Source of the DNA: Callorhinchus milii | Taxonomy: Eukaryota | Assembly (NCBI RefSeq): GCF_018977255.1 | Contig: NW_024704742.1 | Location: 27,716,001 to 27,780,000, forward strand | Direction: 5' to 3' | Length of the DNA stretch: 64,000 nt | Part shown: in pieces, positions 39,525 to 51,178 of the stretch | How positions within the stretch are numbered: position 1 is the stretch's first letter | How the letters are laid out: every line of letters begins with the position of its first letter | Position numbers and translations under genes: made by a program | Notes under the pieces: model-generated | Database searches by the model: none | Told to the model about the DNA's origin: nothing | What the model saw: only the letters and a program-made list of their open reading frames with translations

Positions 39525-39838
39525 GTGGAGTCCTGTAGCTCAGTGGTTAGAGCACTCGCTTTGTATGCGAGAGACCTGAGTTCAATTCCAGGCAGGGCGA
39601 AACCTTGGGAAGTTTCCTTACTCCACATGCCTAATAATAATCCCTCCAAAAACAATAATAAATTTGTCATTTTCAATCTACGACTGTTTGTGGGACATTG
39701 CTGTGCGCAATTGGCTGCCGCGTTCGCCCACAAATCTACAGTCAATTCACTTTACAGTGTATTCTGTGAAGCGCTTTGGGATGTCCTCCTGATGTGACAA
39801 GTGCTATATCAAATTCAAGGATTATTATTATATTATTA
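39525..39838 (+). mobile_element. Full-length young tRNA-derived SINE, short variant
   Basis: Pol III A box TAGCTCAGTGG and B box GTTCAATTCC, body ctgtgcgcaattggctgccgcg, L2-like 3' end and (ATT)n tail. Confidence 0.95.
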
Positions 39839-40442
39839 AATGCGAGCCTCCCAGGCACCACAATCCACTCTCTGATGGTTCTGTAATGGTTTAATCGTAG
39901 GAAGTCATTTTCAAGATTATAGGGGTGTAATATTTCACAATTCTAAGGTGAAAGTATTCAGATGAGCTCTTGCACTGACAGCCAATGATTACTATATATT
40001 TTCATGGATTTTGCAGTTTCTAAAGTCGTGGCCAATGCTCCAGAATTGTAAATATTTAACAGTGATCAAAGAATTGTGTGACATCTACATCCACATAACT
40101 GATGTAAATTTGCCTTATAGAAAATTATCTGTTTATGGGTTGCTGGATCTCAGTATGTATGAGAATAATCAATGGTAAATATTGCATTACTGAACTGTTG
40201 GTTACATTTTATATTAAAATGAAATGCTGGTAATATCTGCTTCAATCAGTAATTTCAAATAAGCAAGGAAAATGCATGAACAGAATTTTGCAATGAAGCC
40301 AATTCAATTCAGCTACCATAACTACTTTGGAATGACCTTTGCAAACCATCTGATGTTAACATATCCTGTGGCGTGATTGTCCTTTTGTGCACAAGTTATA
40401 AATTGAAATTTCTGCCAAATTGAACTTCTCTTTATCCGGCAG

Positions 40443-40507
40443 ATAACATGATTGACAGTGGTCGAGTGGAAGTAAGTGAAGAGAGCACAGTGGAATTGGA
40501 GAAAATG
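40443..40507 (+). CDS. DIAPH1-like: Internal coding exon (65 nt, phase 1 to phase 0) of the DIAPH-like gene
   Basis: Acceptor cttctctttatccggcAG, donor ATG|GTAAGT. The G left by the previous exon plus AT gives Asp. Translates DNMIDSGRVEVSEESTVELEKM, compared with recalled DIAPH1 [22 protein letters not shown]. Confidence 0.9.
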
Positions 40508-41394
40508 GTAAGTCTCAGAAGTCTCATACTGAAAGAATTCTCTGCCTCACTTGTTCACATTCTGGAACAAGATAAACAACATACTAGTGTCCATCAGCTA
40601 GGATTTCAAAATTTAAAACTTTATTACTGACAGCCCTGTGTCTAAGTCCAGGCTTAAGTTACAATCACCAAGTGTAGCTTGAAGATTACACACGGACCTT
40701 GAACATTTATTCCACTCTAAAACTTCAATTTCAGCTAAAGAATTGGGAAATATTTATTGTACACCGTGGGCTGCCAACCAATCTTCAAAAGATACTGTCA
40801 ATAAAGTCTTACTTTATGGACTGTAGTCTCACAGTTTGGTTGTTGTAAACACTTCAGGAAACAAGCAAAGATACTGGATGCATCTGTGCTGGGAATACTC
40901 TATAAGATTATTAAGGATGACTGGTGAAGCTTTGTGACAGAATGACCATCTATGGTTGGAATGAGAAGGTTAATGCCTTTGATAGAAAGCAAATAGATAA
41001 CGCTTCCCATAGTGATTTCATTTTTCATGGAAAATCACAGAGCAGGATGGCAAAATTTGAGCTACACTAGTTACAAGTCCAACTCTGTAAACCACTTGTC
41101 TTCTTTGGTGTTGTTTCCCTCTGTGATGTTTTTGTCATTTTCAGGGAGCTCATCTATTTCTTGCGGGCAAGTGAAGTGGCAGAGAAAATTATTTGAAATG
41201 GGATAACCCAAACTTTGTAGAAGAATAGTTCATTGGGCAAATAAATGAGAAAATATATGAGCTGCAGTCACTTTGTAAATACTGTTTGACACTACCACCT
41301 ACACTTAAAGCTGTACACACTGAGTTACACTGTTCAGCTGTACTACAGTCTGCTCAAACAGAGCAAAGCTCTGCAAATATCCAAAGCTCTGCTC

Positions 41395-41715
41395 ACCAGC
41401 CTCTGACTGCTCCATATCCCCCGCCCTGCCTGCCCCATGATCGGCGGTTGGGCCTTCAAGCTTTCTGTCTCCGCCCTTTGGAAATCCTGCAGTTCCTTTG
41501 CCTTACCCCTTCCCTTGCCTCCTTCAAGCCCCATCTCAAGATACTCCTGTTTTACCGTGCTTTCCGACACCATACCCCCACCCATCCCAGTCCTCCATCC
41601 CTCCTGATCCCAACCCCAAGCTCGGGTGCGAATCCTTTCCTGTCAAGTGTCATGGGACATCCTTCTGAAGTGAAAGGTGCTACACAAATGGAATGAGTTA
41701 TTTGTTGTTGTTGTT
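41395..41715 (+). mobile_element. L2 3' fragment
   Basis: SLASFKPHLKILLF; ends gggacatccttctgaagtgaaaggtgctacacaaatgg...(ttg)n. Confidence 0.85.
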
Positions 41716-42793
41716 ATTTACTAGTCTGATATACCAGATTGTGGCAGAGGAGAGGGAACTGGGAGACACCTTAGATCTAAATCTTTGTCACAAGAATCTT
41801 CTACAACACTCGTTGCTGAAGTGGAATACAATGAGACAACAGTTGTTGGGGCTTCACAAGAGGCCTGAGCTACGAGTGTGTTGTTACCACCAAGCCAAGA
41901 GAGGTTGAGTGGGGCACAACCTAGTTCCTCTTGACCCCCTTCCTCTTCTTGAGTTTGTGAAAATCCTGGTGGAGGAAGCTCTGATAGTCAACTGGCCTTG
42001 GGTGCTTGTTTCATTTAAAGTCTTGGAGAAGACTTAGGTGATGGCACCAGGGAATCATGAGGGCAAAGATCCCATGACATTTCCAACCACCTCCATACTC
42101 ACTCAAAGGCATTGGAATACCTGTTGCCTTCGGAGGCATTGAGGTGTCAGTAAGAAGGCTGCTTTTCTCTGCCTCCTCTTCCTTCTTCCCCTTTCCCCCC
42201 AAGAGAACCACTATTAGAGGCTCTCTCCCTCTCTGTATCTCTCACACAAGAGTCATATGCACAGTCAGGATAATGAGCATTCATTGCAGGGAAGTCAATG
42301 ATGGGGACTAGAAAATGGAAACATTACACCAGAGCACATTGAAGATAAGCACACAGATAAGACTTGCAAATACTGTAATTAGTTTCAGCATCGGTACAAT
42401 TGCTCTGTCATCTGCCTCATCAAGGGCTTCATCTTCTCCTGTTGTGCCTGAAATAACTATGTGCTTTCAGATGCCATTGTCTTGGTCACATATTTAATGG
42501 ACCATTGAATAGCAAACTGTCTACCTCCTTCCAGGTCTTGAACTAATTGGTTTCATCCTTCCAGCAATCTCATTGTACCACCCCCCCATCAATGCAGCAA
42601 GTTGTTTTTTTTTAAATCCTGGCCTCAATAACCCCATTTGACAACCTGTTTCAGTTGTTAATCAGCTTCTGGGTAAAGAAGCTCCTGGTGTCTGTTTCAT
42701 TTGCTCTTGTTCTGCTGTCTTAAAATATTCTAAAATATTGTTCTGGAAGTTACTTTTCATTCCCATTTTAAACATCCCTACAGCAAATGCAAG

Positions 42794-43099
42794 AATAATA
42801 ATAATAATCCTTGCATTTGATATAGCGCTTTTCACGTCTTCTAGGTGTCTCAAAGCGCTTCACAGAATAGACTGTAAAGTGAATTGACTGTATATTTGTG
42901 GGTGAAATGCGGCAGCCAATTGCGCACAGCAGTGTCCCACAAACAGTCGTGGATTGAAATGACCAATTTCTTTTTTGAGGGATTATTATCAGGCGTGTGG
43001 AGTAATGAAACTTGCCCAAGGTTTTGCCCTGCCGGGAATTGAACCCAGGTCTCTTGCTTGCAAAGCGAGTGCTCTAATCACTGAGCTGCAGGACTCCAC
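42794..43099 (-). mobile_element. Full-length young tRNA-derived SINE, short variant
   Basis: Reverse-complement homologue of the 39525 copy with an intact head and (AAT)n tail. Confidence 0.95.
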
Positions 43100-43610
43100 G
43101 ATCAAAAGGATTATTATCATACATCTCTATGAGGTCCAGATATGCATGCAAAGCAATTTGCGGTAGGGAAAACAGGAAACCACACTATGAACTGAAGGTG
43201 CAGAGTATCTTACCTTGTGTTTTCCTGTGACTCCAAACCTGTTTTCATGATATTAGGAAGTCTTCTGTTTCTTATGGCTGAATAGATTGAATCAGTGAAG
43301 TTCAACAATCCCACTTGTAACAAAACTATGTACAACAAACTTTTTATGGACCTCAACCCAAGCTGCTGAACTCCTGAGGGAAAGTTCTGAACCAATGAAT
43401 GAATGAATTTTTTTTCAATACCAACAGAGCATTATTCATAATAATAAATGTCTCAAAGCACTTCACAGTCAAGTGTAGTGACATTTTTCTGTAGGAAAAT
43501 GCAACATCTATTTTGTGCACAGGAATCTGCCACAGAGTGAGGTGAATGATAAATTCATCCAGAGGACTCTTGGCTAGAAGAAACTCCCTTCCATTTTTGA
43601 ATAGAGCCAG

Positions 43611-43922
43611 GGTAGTCCTATAGCTCAGTGGTTAGAGCACTCACTCGCAAGCAAGAGATATGGGTTAGATTCCTGGCAGGGCGAAACCTTGGGCAAGTTT
43701 CCTTACTCCACATGACTGATAATAATCCCTCAAAAAAAAAACAATAATAAAATTGGCCACTTCAATCCATGACTGTTTGTGGACACTGCTGTGCGCAATT
43801 GGCTGCCGCGTTTTGCCCACAAATATACAGTCAATTCACTTCACAGTGTATTCTGTGAAGCGCTTTGAGATGTGTAGAAGAAAAGTGCTACATCGAATGC
43901 AAGGATTATTATTATTATTATT
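43611..43922 (+). mobile_element. Full-length tRNA-derived SINE, short variant
   Basis: tagctcagtggttagagcactc...gggcaagtttccttactccac...(att)n. Confidence 0.93.
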
Positions 43923-45212
43923 TATAATGTCCAGCTGAAGAATGGGCAGGCAGGGAAATATCGTCTGCTTCCCAAAGGTAATCAAGCAAAACTCAAGAAT
44001 ATCTATTCATCCCTATCTTGCCACAGTTCAGTCCTGGATACCTGACCTGCACAAATAACAACCCTTCACCTGGGCCCAGCAATGCATGAACCATCATTTC
44101 CCATGAAGTATTTTATTCTTCAAGTTTAAGCTTGTGCTCATAACCCTTGATCTCACTCTTTACTGTACATTTATGCAATTTTTTTCTGACGCAGCAAGAA
44201 TTACTTTTACAGGGTTTTAATTCTATGACAGTATTACATTTGACCCTTTATTCCCTCGCAAACCCATATTCCCAGACACATAACTCTTTGCTCGCTGAAA
44301 AAGTCATGTTTTAAAGTTGTAATCTGTATACTGTAAATAATTGCATTGTATCTCAAATTCATTGCAGCAGTCCTGCCAAGTGCCACTCTTTAAGACTGAC
44401 AATTGTTCAATTTGGTTGAAAAGTATAATGCAACCTGTTTTGCTGTGTGTCACTCTCAAACATGAACACTGCTGTAAATGGGCTTGCAAATCATATCCCT
44501 CTTACTGACCATAAATGTCACTGTTAACATTTTCGTGGGGTTGACAGCTCTGTTGCAGTATGAAGGGAATGGCAAAGTGAAAAAGTACTGTCAAATATGT
44601 GAGGTTCGTATGAGTATGGACATGTCTATGTAGTACTTGTCTGTCTTAAACTGAAAAGAATATCACTAAGATCCTAAATAGTGCTCAGTGACAACAATAC
44701 TGTCAAACTGTACCCTGTACAAAGGTAGAGTACAAAGACTGAGGTGGAAACAGACAACTGGTGACATATTGGAATGGAGTTGTTTGGGTTTTTTAATCCT
44801 TCATTTATTTCATCTTCTCTTTTGAGTGCCCTGGTTCTCACACATTCACACACAAACTCACTCTCACACTGGTATGCAATTCTCCAGCCAAGTACGTGAG
44901 AAAACAGCCATATCTTGTTCAGCAGCCCATTCTGCTCTGTAACTGAACAATAGATTCGCAGAATAGATGGAAATTCAGACCTGAATGGGAGGAGGTTGAC
45001 AGAGTTGCCAGGGGCCAGAGCTCACTCAGAGACACATATTCTTACGTGACAAACCGCTGTGTTGCTCATCTGGGATATTGTACAATCAGGTACGACGCCC
45101 CTTTAATCCCCTTTGATAAAAGTCAAATCAACAACAACAAAATTTATATAGCGCCCTTCGTGCCAGATGGCATCTTGGACTGCTTAGATATGGTTGCTGT
45201 GGATGCCCTTTA

Positions 45213-45550
45213 GAAGAACATAAGAATTTGCCAGACAAAAGAATACCGAGGTCCATCTAGTTCACCTTCCACCATCCTGGTAGTGACATGATATTCATGT
45301 CTCAAACTATATACTGTATCCTGAGATTTTTTTTAGCAGAAATCTACCTAATTTGTTTTTGAAAGAAACAAAAACTGTCACTGTCTCCCTGGGGAGTCTG
45401 TTCCATAAGTTTACTACTCGCTTACTGAAGTAATGTTTCTGCAGATTTGTTCTGAATTTACCTCCTTCAATCGCAGGCCGTACACTCTGGTTCTACTGTT
45501 CAATACAAGATAAAACAGCTTATCATGGTCTACATTTTCTATTTTCTTAA
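45213..45550 (-). mobile_element. CR1 3' fragment
   Basis: gaacataagaatt tail; ttccataagtttactactcgcttactgaagtaatg is the reverse complement of a YFS.RVVNLWN.LP motif. Confidence 0.75.
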
Positions 45551-46029
45551 AGACCATCATGATTTTGCCAGACCGTAATCATATTATGGTTTTGTATTTC
45601 CTCACAAGTATCGTCCAACGATTTCAATGCCTCCATGTTTTATAAGCTTATCACATAAGCAACTCAAAAAACAATGACAGTCAGGTAGATATTTATTTTC
45701 TTAAAAAAAATGCATATTTTTTTTCTATGTTCTGCTTGTTTGATTTCCACAATGGTTGGCTGGCTATGTGTCCTGAACATCAATTCAGTAGTTGTCCAAC
45801 TGTGGCGACATTTGTCGGTTGGTCTATGGGACGATTCATTCATGTCAATCATTTCCCTGCAGTAGTAGGATGCTGTCCAAGTCACCACCGACTTTGTTCA
45901 GGTTTTTGTGTGTGATTTGAAGTGATCACATTTTCAGAAAGGAAAGTGCTAGATTTGGCATCTGAAGTGGACATTCTCCATGTGCTCCTCCTGAGATATA
46001 AGGTGCTTGACACTTATTAAAAAATAGTA

Positions 46030-46400
46030 ATAACCATTGCCTTTGATGTAGTGAGTTAATATTATCATTGAGATTTCTGAAGTGCTTCACGAGATTTCAT
46101 TGTAAAGTATGGTGACTGTGTATTTGTGGATGAACATGGCAACCAATTTACGCATCGCAACATCCCACAAACAGCCATGGATTAAACAATTAATTTGTTG
46201 GCCAGAGCACCAGGAGAAACTCTTTTCACTTTTCAATTCCTGCCATGGTATCTTTTACATCCACCTGAAGAGTGACCTCTGTTAATATCTCATCCAAAGT
46301 ATAGCACCTCCAACATTACAGCACTCCTCCAGTACTGCACACGAGTGTCATCCAAGACTATGACCTTAAAGTCCTGATGTTGGAGCAAACCTTACCCCAT
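46030..46400 (-). mobile_element. Old Deu-domain SINE
   Basis: tgccatggtatcttttacatccacctg...atctcatccaaag...gcacctccaaca...gcactcctccagtactgcac. Confidence 0.75.
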
Positions 46401-46908
46401 TGGGTTAAACAGTCAGTTGTCTCCTCAGCTCTTCAGTAACGTTTAAAAAAAATTATAACCTCAAAGTGGTCACCTGAGAGATTTTGAGTAGACAACAGGG
46501 AAGATTTGGTCACATTTAAACTGTAATGGATATGAATTGCTCTGTTCCTGAAACCTTCTCCTCCAAATAGTATCAGAAACAGTGTTCCAGAATGATTCTT
46601 CCTGCCTTTGCCCCACTTATACTGAACAAATTGCTGACAAAAGGCAATTCTCCAGTAAAAGTGCAGCAGAAATGCAGCATTATGGTTACTCTGAATATTA
46701 TTAGTCGAGAAATTATTATTATTAACATGTATATCAAATCCTTGCATTTGATAAAGAGCTTTTCACATCAAGAGGATGTTTGAAAGCACATCACAGGATA
46801 TACTGCAACGTGTAGTGACTGTGCAATATGCAGTTGAAGGCCTACACATAATACAAAACTTCTTTATCTTAACACCACTAATAGACATTTCACTTTTGTC
46901 TTTAATAG

Positions 46909-47046
46909 TTTGAAGCGGAGGTAACAGCAAGGCAAGAACTTCAGGCAGCCGTGAAGAAAAAAGAAGCTGATTTTATCAAGAAAAAGGATGCACTTGATAT
47001 TGAAAATATGCTGCTGCAAAAGGAAATGTTCAAATTGCAAGATAAG
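46909..47046 (+). CDS. DIAPH1-like: Internal coding exon (138 nt, phase 0 to phase 0) of the DIAPH-like gene, coiled coil preceding FH1
   Basis: Acceptor cacttttgtctttaatAG, donor AAG|GTAAGA. Translates FEAEVTARQELQAAVKKKEADFIKKKDALDIENMLLQKEMFKLQDK, compared with recalled DIAPH1 LDSELTARHELQ and DIAPH2 FDEEFTARQEAQA. In phase with the preceding exon. Confidence 0.9.
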
Positions 47047-47139
47047 GTAAGACTGTAACAGACTCTGAAGTGGCTTTATGTGTGAAAAAAGCTGTTTCAA
47101 TTCCACAAAGTAAAGATACTGGCAATCCAGGTAGGAATA

Positions 47140-47695
47140 CAACAACATCAACAGCAAGTTCAATTTATAGAGCTCTCTTCAGGTAGAGTAATGTCTTGCC
47201 ATTTGTGGATATTGAGCAGGAAGGGGCCCAGCATAAGAGCGACGCTGGAGAAGATCACAGAGTTAGGGAGGTGTGAGGGCATGAAGAGATTTGTAGCTAA
47301 GTGTGACAACCTTGAAGTTGATTGTTGGGAGACGGCGGAACCTGATGACGACAGGAGTTTTCCACATTCAAAGTTTTGTGCAGGTGAAGATGTGATCGCC
47401 ACGGTTTTAGATGAGCTGGAACTTGTGAATGGAGATGGGAAGACCAGCAGGGAGGATCATTTGAAAAGTTGACTCTGGAGGTTATGAAAGCATGAATCAA
47501 GGTTTTCCTCCCTCTCTCAACTATTCTTTCTCCCCTTCTCTCTTTCAGTCTTTAAGTCCCTCCTCAAATCCTACATCTTTGAAAATGCCAATGGCCACTT
47601 CCCGCTTACCCCTCTCTCTTACTCGATGTCCAACACCATCCCTGTAAACCAGTACTCTGCATGAAAGGCGCTATATAAATATAAGTTGTTGTTGC
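47140..47695. mobile_element. Two abutting L2 3' fragments in opposite orientation (minus ~47140-47500, plus ~47505-47695)
   Basis: The minus copy encodes LIHAFITSRV and has a (CAA)n tail at left. The plus copy ends gaaaggcgctatataaatataag(ttg)n. Confidence 0.7.
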
Positions 47696-48599
47696 CCATT
47701 TTAGCTGGTACAAGTTGAGGCTCATCCAGGACTTAATGGCAGGTGGTCAGAACATCAGTGGATCTGCAATCAACATAGACACCATCTGATAGCTTATTGT
47801 CCAGATGGAGTAAAATTTTAAACCTAAGTGTTCATTCCTTATGCATGTTTGGTTTTGAAGCTGCATCAATCCTGATTTACATAGAATTGTATTGGTTTGC
47901 TGATCTGTCTTCTCTGCAGGAATACCAGGGAAGAGAAATTACCTAGATTAAAACACTGTAGAGATTAGAAAGACCAATAGAGATTGTGAGCATCCACTGG
48001 TTAGATGGATATGCCAATATCAGCATTGAAAGGGCATCAAATAAATATTTTATTTAGCAAAATCACAGTGCATTTCTGAGGATGGTGACCTTTTGTTAAG
48101 ATTGGAGCTCTCTGCCTATGCTTATCAACTTTCAACAGCATATACCAAACACATTAAAAACGGCTGCATGGGTATTGAAGGGCATAGCTTTCAATATTTT
48201 TTAAAATCCAACATGGAAAAAAAACAAGTGTTGTTTTAATATTTTTTTTCTGACTTTCGTTCAATTTCAAAACATATATTTGTGCGATGATTTCATCAAG
48301 GAGCTTGTAGAAGCTTCTTGTTTCAGATCAATGAGGTTTAAGTATTGTAAAGTCTTATCATCTCTATGCTTTTTTATGTTTATTTAGATTCTGTTTGGCA
48401 ACTTTATTTTTCTGTCCATCTTCTCCTTCTTCTAAGCCTCTCCACAAGGCAATCACATGGCATGTTAGGATGTTTGTTTCCTGACCTCTGCCAATGAGAC
48501 ACGAGAGAAAAAAAATCTAAGATTGGCTGAAGGATTTGTAAATAAATGGCAGTCGTATATTAGCTGACCTTTTGGATCTCTGCTCCGTTCACCTACACA

Positions 48600-49450
48600 A
48601 CACGCAGTCACTGCACTTCACAGTAATTCCTTGAACCATTTTGAGAGGTCCTCCTGATATGAATAGACTACAACAAAAGCAAGGATTAAGACTCTTAGAC
48701 ACTGAATTCACAGAGATGGGAAATAAGATTAGCGGTTCCAGAGGGTCAGACACTATACGTGTGGGATTCACTTATTTAGAAATCCACTCACCAAGTCTCG
48801 CAAATTTAGACTACACCAAAGCCTATTGTCTCAACCAGCTGGTGACTCTCAGTCACTGTTAATTGTACCACAGCTCTTGACAGACAGGCCAAAGGCCAGC
48901 TCAGTGCAAGCAAAACCTGCCTGTCACGAACAGTGACTGTTGAGGATTCCAAATTATTTGATTCCTTCAAACGCTCAACAATTTTTCCCGAGTACCCAAA
49001 CTGCTCTCCTGTCACAGTTTAATTCAGCGCTCTCCGCTCCTATATATCAAAGGCTTCAAGATCTTCTTATTTAGAATATCAAATCTCCTGGTGCGTTAAT
49101 GACATTATGCTGATTTTCCAGTTGAGGCATATAGTTGGGTCATTGTAAAAGAAGCCTTGAAGTGTTGCCAGCCAATGCCATCTCTGATGTATGAGTGCTT
49201 AGTGTTGTCATTGGAAGCAGAATAGACATTCCTTTCTCCGCCACCCTTATTCATCACTTTAATGAGTTTCAAAGATATGCAAACTGAATTTAATTTAATT
49301 GAATCCTTATTCATCCTTGCACATTCAGGGTGAATCTGCATCTTCTGATATACTGGTATAGAATTTCCCTGAGCATCACATCAAAGTATTCTTGTCATCT
49401 TTTCAAAGTGCTCATAACTACTTCACCCCTAAATCATTCCAGATATGGGG
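48600..49450 (+). mobile_element. Very decayed L1-clade ORF2 fragment (RT C-terminal part and downstream)
   Basis: GFTYLEIH.PSLANL (compare FTYLGI) preceded by a G.KI-like segment, later F.SF....F.ALRSYI-like; many stops. Confidence 0.45.
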
Positions 49451-50460
49451 GAATAGGGTTTGGGAGAAAGGAAGCATGACCATATTGACCTGTAAATGGT
49501 ACAATATTTTAGTTGGCTGGAAATCGACCGACTGAAATAAACCAAGGATTTAAACCTTGTTTATGTATTCAGGGGATGAATTCTACTTGGTTAGGCAAAT
49601 GTTATTTTGTGTTGCGGTGATCAATCACATATCAATGCCTATGGTATCACATTTTCCACTCATCCATCGTACTGCACTCTCATGGGTATGTGACAATTTA
49701 ACCCTTTCGGTGCTGCACCTGTTTGCCCTTGAATTTAATGGGGCAGAATTTGATGTCTTTCTTAACACTTGTTTCCTTGTACTAATTTACCCCAGTTAAA
49801 TTTACCCCATTTATTTCTGAAGCAGAAACAATGACTCATTATTCTTTAGCCAAGATGACCCATGTATCTAGGATATATTTTTAATTTATATTCCAAGAAA
49901 CAATCCATTCTAATCATAATTCTGTGAGGAGAAAGTCTGAATTTCTTGTTTTTTACTCTGCTACTTCCAATCCTAAATTCATTCCCTCTTGTCCACGACT
50001 CCCATACCAATGATTAGTATTTTTCCTTTCTCAATAATATCATCCTGCAATCTTTGCTGCTCCAATGGCAATAGTCCTAACCTCATTAGCCTCTTTTCAT
50101 AGAAAATTACAGCACATTTACATTTATATGATGTCCATTCACATATGGAGTGCATAGTCCAGGATTTGGAACTGTTGGGGTAGGGGGCCAAAGGAGGGTG
50201 GGTGCCGAGCAGAATTGGGGGGGCAACAGCACAGTTAAAGCAAAGTAGAAGGCCAATTGTGCTAGCGTGTTTGTGCCAGCTATTTTAAATATGCTTATTT
50301 ACTGATAAATGTAACATACTTTCAGTTGTTATCTTGTTGGGAAGAAGACTAAACGTTTTTGGAATAGTTTAGAATATGCAAAGTAAGATTTTTTTCTCAG
50401 GAAAAGCCCCATGCAGCCTGTCTCTTATTCTAAATCCCATTATATTTGCCTCTTACAAAA

Positions 50461-50965
50461 GCAACAACAACAATTTGCATTTATATAGTGTCCTCCAAGC
50501 CGGGTGGTGTCTCAGAGTGCTTAACAATGGCGGAGCCCAAGGCCGAGCCAAGGGAAGGGGAGATGACCGTAGGCGCGGTCGAAGATAAAGGTCTTCAGGC
50601 GCGACCTGAAGATGGGGAAGGAGGGGCGAGGTGATGGGGTTGAGGGAGGGAGTTCCAAAGTTTTGGGGTGTAGTGACTGAAGGCATGGCCGCTGATGGTG
50701 GAGCGGAGGATTCGGGGGACATGGAGGAGGCCAGACCCAATGGAGTGGAGGCAGCAGGTACTACTGTGGGGAGAGAGGAGGTTAGAGATATAGGGGGGTG
50801 CCAAGGAATGGAGGGATTTAAACACTAGAGTGAGGATTCTGAAGTCGATCCACCCTGTGACAGGGAGCCAGTGGAGATTGGCAAGGACTGCGGTAATCGG
50901 GGTGCAAAGTTTGGTGCGGGTGAGAATACAGGCGACAGAGTTTTGAATGAGCTGAATTTTCTGAA
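50461..50965 (-). mobile_element. L2 3' fragment
   Basis: FKSLHSLAPPYISNLL...GLLHVPR...AFS...PKLWNSLP; (TTG)n tail. Confidence 0.9.
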
Positions 50966-51178
50966 CAGTGGCTTATTTATTCTTTCCTCATACGTCAAGG
51001 ATAACATATCCTTCCTCTGTAACTTACTCTGTTGCTTTCCTGTTTGGACATTTCCTCAACCAAATTTTGTACAAATAATGGAATTTCCCAGTATAATACT
51101 GAGAAGATGGCTGTATAGAATTGTACATATTACGTAGAATCTTTCACAAGAAAACAGGCCATACAGCCCAACTAATTT

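Noticed and set aside
39525..39600. tRNA gene (A/B boxes, tRNA-like 5' end); likewise near 43030-43099 and 43611-43685
   Set aside because: Each continues into a SINE body and an (ATT)n tail and recurs as diverged copies, so these are SINE heads, not tRNA genes.
49738..49810. Harbinger-type mini-MITE (ATGGGGCAGAATTT ... AAATTTACCCCAT)
   Set aside because: Short imperfect termini and no clean 3-bp TSD; insufficient support.
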